Below, in pieces: positions 16,339-22,225 of a DNA stretch of 22,225 nucleotides. The translations under genes were made by a program, and so were the position numbers. This stretch comes from Myxococcota bacterium (GTDB taxonomy: Bacteria > Myxococcota > XYA12-FULL-58-9 > JALHOP01): assembly GCA_041288095.1 (NCBI GenBank), contig JBGGMJ010000157.1:1-22225 (forward strand), in the 5' to 3' direction. The notes below the pieces were generated by a model. It worked only from the letters and a program-made list of their open reading frames with translations. It did not search any database and was not told the origin of the DNA. Each line of letters starts with the position of its first letter. Position 1 is the first letter of the stretch.

Positions 16339-18246
16339 ATGCTCGCCTTGGCCGTTGCCCTTTCCGTAGCAAGCTCCCCCTTCGATGACCTGACCAGCGC
16401 CGAAATCAGCGCGGTCACGAAGGCCATCCGCGCCGATCAGCAGTTTGGCGAAGTGGTCCGCTTCCCCATCATCGTCACCAAGGAGCCGCCCAAGGCCGCG
16501 GTCTTGGCTTGGCGAAATGGAGGCCCGTTACCGGCGCGCGAAGCAGTCGCCTCGGTCTATGATGCCGGCAAGAATCGCTTCTGCGAGGTGACCGTCGACC
16601 TCGCCGCCAAGAAGGTCACCCGCATCCAAGAGCTCAAGGCCGCGCAACCGCCCATCCTGCTCGACGAATACGCCGACGTCGCCAAGCTCACCCGCGCCGA
16701 CCCACGCTGGCAGGAGGCGATGAAGAAGCGCGGCATCACCGATCTCGACAGCGTCTACGTCGACGGCTGGGTTCCCGGTTTGTTGTCGGCCACCGAGGAA
16801 GCGAGCGGTAAGCGTTTGATGCGCGCGCTCTCCTACATGCAGGGCAAGGGCGTGAACTTCTATTCGCGCCCCATCGAAGGTGTGTTGGTCACCATCGACC
16901 TCAACGAACGCAAGGTCATCGAGGTCTGGGATAGCGGAGCAGTACCCTTCGTGAAAGAGGAGGGCGAGCTGCCGAAGTCGGACAAGAGCCTGCGCTCGTC
17001 CGTGCAAGCTTCCGCACCCATCAAGGTCGACGGTCAGCGCCTCCAGTGGCGCGGTTGGTCGCTCCGCTACAGCATGCAACCGCACAAGGGCCTGGTCATC
17101 TACGACGTGAGCTTCCAAGAAGAGGGAGCAAAGCCCCGCGCCATCCTCTACAAAGGCGCGCTCGCGGAGATGGTCGTGCCCTATGGCGATGGGAACCGCG
17201 CCTGGTCCTTTCGCAACGCCTTCGACGTCGGCGAATACGGCCTCGGCCGCACATCCCACTCGCTCGAGCCGCGCACGGAGGCTCCCGACGGCGCGCGTTT
17301 CTTCGATGCCGCTTTCGCGGACGACAACGGCAAGCCGTTCGTCATTCCCCGCGCTGTCGCCGTCTACGAGCGCGACGCCGGCATGTTGTGGAGCCATGTC
17401 GACATGAACTCGCGCAAGGGCTCGGCTCAACGCGCCCGCGAGCTCGTGGTCAGCTCCATGACGACCATCGGCAACTACGACTACGGCATCGATTGGGTAT
17501 TCACGCTCGACGGCGTCATCAGCGTCGAAGCAAACCTCACCGGCATGTTGCTCGCCCAGGGCAGCTCCATGGAGGAGAACACTTGCACCGCCGAGTGCAA
17601 GCGCCTCGTGGCCAAGCAGGTCATTGCGCCCAATCATCAGCACTTCTTCAACTTCCGCCTCGATCTCGACGTCGACGGCGCCGACAGCAACACGCCGATG
17701 GAGATCAATGTCGGGGCCGCGAAGCCCGGCACACCGTCGAACCCGGACAACAACGCCTTCGACGCCGTCTTGAGTCCGCTAAAGCGTGAGTCGGCGGCCG
17801 CCCGCGACTTGGCTCCAGCAAGCGCGCGCAAGTGGAAGGTGACGAGCACCACCGCGAGAAACGCCCTCGGTCACCCGACGGGCTACATGCTGATGACCGG
17901 CGAGTCCGCCGTCCCCTACCTCGATAAGACCTCGAAGATCCGTCAGCGCGCCGGCTTCGTCGAGCACAACGTCTGGTTCACCCGCTACAAGGACGAGGAG
18001 CAGAGCTCGGCGGGCGACTACCCCAACCAGGCCAAGGGCGGCGGTGGCCTGCCCCGCTTCATCGCCGACGACGAGCCGCTCGAGAGCACCGACGTCGTCC
18101 TCTGGTACACCTTCGGCGTCACGCATATTCCACGGCCCGAGGAGTGGCCGGTGATGAACGTGCACCGCGCGGGCTTCAAGCTGATGCCGCACAATTTCTT
18201 TTCGCGGAACCCGGCGGTGGCGGCGCCAAAGCAGACTAGCCGATGA
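16339..18246 (+). CDS. tynA: Copper/topaquinone primary amine oxidase (TynA-like), with a short putative signal peptide
   Basis: TIGNYDY TPQ consensus (Tyr codon 17476-17478); AFDVGEYG base Asp; HQH plus THIPRPEEWPVM Cu ligands; P.NFF.RNP; hydrophobic N-terminus MLALAVALSVASS. Confidence 0.93.
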   Translation: MLALAVALSVASSPFDDLTSAEISAVTKAIRADQQFGEVVRFPIIVTKEPPKAAVLAWRNGGPLPAREAVASVYDAGKNRFCEVTVDLAAKKVTRIQELKAAQPPILLDEYADVAKLTRADPRWQEAMKKRGITDLDSVYVDGWVPGLLSATEEASGKRLMRALSYMQGKGVNFYSRPIEGVLVTIDLNERKVIEVWDSGAVPFVKEEGELPKSDKSLRSSVQASAPIKVDGQRLQWRGWSLRYSMQPHKGLVIYDVSFQEEGAKPRAILYKGALAEMVVPYGDGNRAWSFRNAFDVGEYGLGRTSHSLEPRTEAPDGARFFDAAFADDNGKPFVIPRAVAVYERDAGMLWSHVDMNSRKGSAQRARELVVSSMTTIGNYDYGIDWVFTLDGVISVEANLTGMLLAQGSSMEENTCTAECKRLVAKQVIAPNHQHFFNFRLDLDVDGADSNTPMEINVGAAKPGTPSNPDNNAFDAVLSPLKRESAAARDLAPASARKWKVTSTTARNALGHPTGYMLMTGESAVPYLDKTSKIRQRAGFVEHNVWFTRYKDEEQSSAGDYPNQAKGGGGLPRFIADDEPLESTDVVLWYTFGVTHIPRPEEWPVMNVHRAGFKLMPHNFFSRNPAVAAPKQTSR

Positions 18247-19018
18247 TGCGACCTGCTGCTTCGGCCACTTGCCGCCGATATTGCGGCACGAGGCGCACGT
18301 AATCCTGGGTCTCTTGGATGCGCGGCACGCCGCCGGCCCTGTTCACCGCGACGAGGCCGGCGTTGTAGTCGGCGAGCGCGAGCGTCAGATTGCCGCGACG
18401 CGCTTCGATGCGTTCGGCGAGCACCGCGAGACCAACGCGTAGCGCGACCTCTGGCCGGTAGAGCGACGCGGTGACGTCGCGCGACAGCTCGCGGAACTGA
18501 GCGTCGGTGAGATCGGGCCAGAGGCGGCGGTCCGCGAGCAAGCCGTCCCCGGTCGTCGGCAGGACCTGCATGAGACCCACGGCACCGGAGCCCGTGTTGA
18601 GCTGGGTCGGGCTGAAGGTCGACTCCTTGTAGGCGACCGCGAGTGCGAGATGTGCCGGGTCGACTCCACGGAGCAGACCGCGCATGCGCGGATAGAGGCG
18701 TTCGACGTGTTGCGCGGCGACGCGCGCCTGATGGCCATAGCGGCGCACGCCCCCCGCGATGTCGGTCTTGCTCACCGGCGTCGGACCGCGGCCCGGCAGC
18801 GTACGGATGAGGTTGCGAATGGCCTCTGGGGACATCGGATCGCGCACCGCCGGGCAACGGCGCGGCGGCGGTTGCAAACGCGCGCCGCGGCGCGGCTGGC
18901 GCTGAAAGAGATCGGTCAAGCTGGTGCTGATGCGAGGACGGCTGTCAGTGGCGCCAAGCAACGTGCGCACGGCGGCGCGGATATCGGCTGGGCTCGTTGG
19001 ACCTTGCACTCGTGACAT
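18236..19018 (-). CDS. Lytic transglycosylase (SLT domain) with an N-terminal extension (start uncertain: 19060, 19018 or 18835)
   Basis: AVAYKES (catalytic Glu), GAVGLMQV, ALADYNAG, ETQDYV. Confidence 0.88.
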   Translation of the reverse strand: MSRVQGPTSPADIRAAVRTLLGATDSRPRISTSLTDLFQRQPRRGARLQPPPRRCPAVRDPMSPEAIRNLIRTLPGRGPTPVSKTDIAGGVRRYGHQARVAAQHVERLYPRMRGLLRGVDPAHLALAVAYKESTFSPTQLNTGSGAVGLMQVLPTTGDGLLADRRLWPDLTDAQFRELSRDVTASLYRPEVALRVGLAVLAERIEARRGNLTLALADYNAGLVAVNRAGGVPRIQETQDYVRLVPQYRRQVAEAAGRIIG

Positions 19019-19164
19019 GCGGCGGCTCACCAAGGGTGCTTTCGGATCGTGTGGGCACACGCTCCGCTGGATTATCTGGATATCGGGTGCTGACAGCGCA
19101 ACGTGTCGTCTAGCGCGGGTGACACCGGGTCAGGTATTCCAGACCCCGGGGAGCTCCTTCCGCG

Positions 19165-19788
19165 ATGCGCATCGATTTCGTCTCCGACGTCGTCTGTCCC
19201 TGGTGCGCCGTCGGTCTATGGGGGCTCCAGGAAGCCATTCGTCGTACCGGCATCGACGTCGAGCTCCACATGCAGCCGTTCGAGCTCAACCCCGATATGC
19301 CGCCGGGAGGTGAGGACGTAGCCGAGCACCTGGGCATGAAGTACGGACGCTCGCTGCTCGAGCTCGCCAAGACGCACGAGATGATCGGGGCGCGTGGCGC
19401 GGCGGTTGGCTTCACCTTCGACTGGCAAAAGCGTGACCGCATCTACAACACCTTCGACGCGCACCGCCTCATCTACTGGGCCGCGATCGAGGGCCGCGAC
19501 GTCGCCTTGGCGCGCGCGATGATGCGGGCGTACCACAGCGAGGGCAAGGACATCTCCGACCACACGGTCCTCGTCAGCATCGCCGGCGAGATCAACTTCG
19601 ATGAGCACGGCGCTCGTGCGGTGCTCGCGTCCGACGCCTATGGCGACATCGTCCGCCAAACCGAACAGCAGTGGACAGAGCTCGAGGTCGCCGGCGTCCC
19701 GACGGTGATCATCGATGGCAAGCACGTGCTGTCGGGCGCTCAACCCTCGCCGGTGTACGAAGCAGCCTTGCGCCAGCTCAAAGGTTAG
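19165..19788 (+). CDS. DsbA-family oxidoreductase, FrnE-like
   Basis: IDFVSDVVCPWC, PFELNPDMP, NTFDAHRL, GVPT, SGAQP. Confidence 0.94.
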   Translation: MRIDFVSDVVCPWCAVGLWGLQEAIRRTGIDVELHMQPFELNPDMPPGGEDVAEHLGMKYGRSLLELAKTHEMIGARGAAVGFTFDWQKRDRIYNTFDAHRLIYWAAIEGRDVALARAMMRAYHSEGKDISDHTVLVSIAGEINFDEHGARAVLASDAYGDIVRQTEQQWTELEVAGVPTVIIDGKHVLSGAQPSPVYEAALRQLKG

Positions 19789-20341
19789 GGTCGCGCCACA
19801 CCGCATCGACGGGGCGCAGGGGGCGCGGCGCCGTGTCCTCGTCCTGGAGCTGCAGGTCCCAGTAACCGACGTCGTGCCAGCGCCCGCTCTTCCAGCCGGC
19901 GCGGCGAAAGGTGCCGCACCTCTCGAAACCAGCGGCCGTGTGTAAGCGCTCGCTCGATGGGTTCGGCGAGGTGATTCCAGCGATGAGGGTCATGAAGCCC
20001 TGTGTCCGCAGAAGCGGAATGAGAGCGCCATAGAGCCGCGTTCCGATGCGCTGCCCGTGCACATCCGAGCGGATGTAAACCGAAACGTCGGCGGTCCAGG
20101 CGTAGGCACCTCGCGTCTTGTGAGGCGAGGCTTTGGCGAAACCTAGGAGCGCGTCGTCGCGCCGGGCGACGAGCCAAGGGTAGAAATGCTGCGTCTCCTC
20201 CCACGCTTTCACCCAGCTCGAGAGCTCTTCGGGCTTGGTCGCGAGGTTCGCGACGGTGTTCAGCGCCGCCCAGTTGGCGAGCTCGAGCACCTTGGGGACG
20301 TCGGCGCGCGTCGCCCGTAACACCAGGACACCGTCGCTCAC
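19778..20341 (-). CDS. GNAT N-acetyltransferase, phosphinothricin/methionine-sulfoximine acetyltransferase (Pat/YncA-like)
   Basis: GTG 20341 overlaps the GST stop (GTGA); YPWLVA, R.AY.WT..SVY....HGQRIG..LY, AGI..PN..S..LH...GF, GWK.GRWHDV. Confidence 0.9.
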   Translation of the reverse strand: MSDGVLVLRATRADVPKVLELANWAALNTVANLATKPEELSSWVKAWEETQHFYPWLVARRDDALLGFAKASPHKTRGAYAWTADVSVYIRSDVHGQRIGTRLYGALIPLLRTQGFMTLIAGITSPNPSSERLHTAAGFERCGTFRRAGWKSGRWHDVGYWDLQLQDEDTAPRPLRPVDAVWRDPNL

Positions 20342-21042
20342 TGGATACCCGGAATCGTGAGACCGCGCTGCACCGCCGGCCGCGCCAGGCAGCGTTCGAG
20401 CCAGCCGGGAACGAAGCGCAGCGCGTCGAAGTCGACGAGGTCGCGCGCCTTGTAGAACCCAACCATGTTGCGCACCCAGCCGACCAAGGCGACGTCCGCT
20501 ATCGTGTACATGTCGCCCATCATCCACTCCCGGCCGGCGAGGCGCCCGTCGAGCACGCCGAGCAAGCGCTTCGATTCGGCACGATACCGCTCCAGCGGAC
20601 GTTTGTCCTCGAGCTCGCGGCCGGCGAAGACGTGGAAGTGACCGAACTGTCCGAACATCGGGCCGACGTTCGCCATCTGGAAGAAGACCCACTGGATGGT
20701 CTCGTAGCGCCCGGCCTTGGAAGGGGGCAGGAGCTTTCCCGTCTTCTCCGCGAGGTAGAGCAAGATGGCCCCGGATTCGAACATGGCCATGGGCTCGCCA
20801 TTGGGGCCGTCGGGGTCGAGGATCGCTGGGATCTTGCCGTTGGGGTTCAGCGACAAGAACTCCGGGGTCCAGGTCTCGTTGCGGCCGAGCTCGATGCGGT
20901 GGGCCTCGTAGGTCAGCCCGACCTCTTCCAGCGCGATGGAGACCTTGACGCCGTTGGCTGTCGGGTTCGAGTAAAGCTGCAACCGCTCGGGGTGCTTGGC
21001 GGGCCACCGCTGAGTGATCGGAAACTGTGTCAAATCAACCAC
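20338..21042 (-). CDS. Glutathione S-transferase, Nu/Ure2p-like class (YfcG/YghU-like); alternative start 21057
   Basis: FPIT.RWPA.HP..LQLYS.PT.NG.KV.I.LEE, NPNGKIPAI.D, FESGAILLYLAEK, W.FFQM...GPMFGQ; AGGA 8 nt before GTG 21042. Confidence 0.95.
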   Translation of the reverse strand: MVDLTQFPITQRWPAKHPERLQLYSNPTANGVKVSIALEEVGLTYEAHRIELGRNETWTPEFLSLNPNGKIPAILDPDGPNGEPMAMFESGAILLYLAEKTGKLLPPSKAGRYETIQWVFFQMANVGPMFGQFGHFHVFAGRELEDKRPLERYRAESKRLLGVLDGRLAGREWMMGDMYTIADVALVGWVRNMVGFYKARDLVDFDALRFVPGWLERCLARPAVQRGLTIPGIQ

Positions 21043-21145
21043 TTGCACGTTCCTCATGGTGTCTCGATGGGCGCTTTTAGGCGCAACATTATGCCCACGC
21101 CAGCCGAAACAGAACCTATCAGCCCGTTAGGGGAGAGTTTTTGCC

Positions 21146-21742
21146 ATGGGTTCGCCGATCGATAAGAGCCACGCGTTCCAGCCTTCCGCAGCAGAGATGC
21201 AGAGGCTGGGCTTGCGGCTCCTGCCGGTCGACGAGGCCATCGCGCAAGAGCGCACCAGCGGTGCTCGGATGCACAGTGGCGGCTATGGAGCAGCGGTCTC
21301 CGGTGGCGCCATCGACCGCATGGAACGCACCGGGCGCCCCCCGGCGAAGGCTGGCGAGGACCGCGAAGCGGTCTGGGAAATCCTCCGCACCCAGAAGGCG
21401 ACGGCGCTGGGGCGCAGAATGCGGGCACAGGCCGACGACGCGGCGCAGGCGGCGGGCAAAGAGCCCCCGGACATGCCGGTTGGCTTCTCTCTCGAGGCAG
21501 CGTTGCCCGGCAGACCCGAGCTTCGCGACCTGTACTTCTGGTTCGACACCGAAAAGCTGCGCCCGCGGGTCGGCCCACTCGATCGCGCCAACGGTACGTT
21601 CGAGCAAATCCCACTCGCAAGGTCGCGCGCGCTCGATACGAGCAAGCTCCAGCAAGCGCTCGAGCGCATCATCGAGGACGCCCTCGACGGCCGCATCGAC
21701 TCGGTCAAGATCCGCACGGCGCCTCAATTTTCGAGTCACTAG
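21146..21742 (+). CDS. Hypothetical protein (198 aa)
   Basis: GGGGAG RBS upstream; GC3-biased codons; no family recognised. Confidence 0.7.
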   Translation: MGSPIDKSHAFQPSAAEMQRLGLRLLPVDEAIAQERTSGARMHSGGYGAAVSGGAIDRMERTGRPPAKAGEDREAVWEILRTQKATALGRRMRAQADDAAQAAGKEPPDMPVGFSLEAALPGRPELRDLYFWFDTEKLRPRVGPLDRANGTFEQIPLARSRALDTSKLQQALERIIEDALDGRIDSVKIRTAPQFSSH

Positions 21743-21783
21743 CTCCGCGACGCCGCGTCACTTCGCCAGCGTAGCGCTCCCGC

Positions 21784-21810
21784 ACAACGCCCGGCCGTCG
21801 GTGCCGATAG
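21784..21810 (+). promoter_or_regulatory. Candidate sigma28/FliA-type promoter
   Basis: ACAACGCC-N11-GCCGATAG in the intergenic gap before ATG 21837. Confidence 0.4.
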
Positions 21811-21836
21811 TCGTTGAGCATGAGGGGTGAACGCCG

Positions 21837-22225
21837 ATGAGCTCAACGAGCACGCTCGGAATCGCGACCGAGCTGATTCGACCCGTCGCGGCCTCCTCTG
21901 CTCCCCTGCCCGGCGCCTCGCCGCGGCCCGCGGACGACATCCCCGAGCTCGAGCCCTTGCCGGAGAGCACGTCGCGCGGCTTGGTGCCGGTGGGCGCGCA
22001 GCAGACCGCGCCCTGGTGGAAGGTGTGGAGCTCCACTCCGAGCACGCCCAAGGCGACCGATGAGTCCTGTTGGCCGGACGTCCTCCGGGCTTGCGAGCAA
22101 CTCAGTGGCCTGCGCAAGCAGCTCAACTACGTCCACGCGAACCTGAACAACGCGGCGTGGCTCGGAACGCTCCAGCAAGCCAGCGACGTATTCACCGCGC
22201 CAGACGTGCTCCGCGCCTCTCTCGT
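21837..22225 (+). CDS. 5' part of a hypothetical protein running off the window (not in the ORF track)
   Basis: GAGGGG RBS; reads MSSTSTLGIATELIRPVAASSAPLPGASPRPADDIPELEPLPES...PWWKVWSS...VLRASL with no stop before the window end. Confidence 0.7.
   Translation, partial: MSSTSTLGIATELIRPVAASSAPLPGASPRPADDIPELEPLPESTSRGLVPVGAQQTAPWWKVWSSTPSTPKATDESCWPDVLRACEQLSGLRKQLNYVHANLNNAAWLGTLQQASDVFTAPDVLRASL

Noticed and set aside
19163..19174. 12-bp palindrome cgatgcgcatcg over the DsbA start
   Set aside because: No loop, explained by the M-R-I-D codons, and expected by chance at this length
20342..21007. 409-aa ORF suggesting a long GNAT or a GST-GNAT frameshift fusion
   Set aside because: Extension is an off-frame read of the GST gene; the GTGA stop/start overlap explains two separate genes, and I saw no slippery site
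1..22225. Prophage, mobile element or anti-phage defence island (prompted by the SLT, methyltransferases and orphans)
   Set aside because: No integrase, transposase, phage structural, nuclease or NTPase genes seen; neither methyltransferase shows DNA-MTase motifs (DPPY/NPPY or PCQ); composition looks uniform

Overview
GC-rich, gene-dense bacterial chromosomal window. A Myxococcota-like origin is my inference from the Cys-rich lipoprotein with a MopE-type motif, the VIT-vWA lipoprotein and the codon style. It holds about 20 CDS, and I found no rRNA, tRNA, CRISPR array or mobile element. The centrepiece (10447-18246) is an amine/polyamine catabolic cluster: a copper/TPQ amine oxidase sits 46 bp from, and divergent to, a tightly coupled operon of aldehyde dehydrogenase, gabT, an APC permease and a Tat-exported FAD-oxidoreductase lipoprotein. 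This enzyme set parallels the plant CuAO/PAO/AMADH/GABA-T route. Other genes are an orphan response regulator, a DTW (TapT-like) tRNA-modifying enzyme that appears to start at CTG, a Cys-repeat lipoprotein with a poly-Pro tail, a kappa-GST/DsbA protein whose start lies inside a perfect 16-bp inverted repeat, a VIT-vWA-TPR-DUF2135 lipoprotein, a TetR/methyltransferase pair with a palindromic operator, a lytic transglycosylase with no signal peptide, an FrnE-like DsbA, a GNAT and a Nu-class GST. Three orphan ORFs share a sigma28/FliA-like upstream motif. All calls come from reading motifs by eye; no searches were run.
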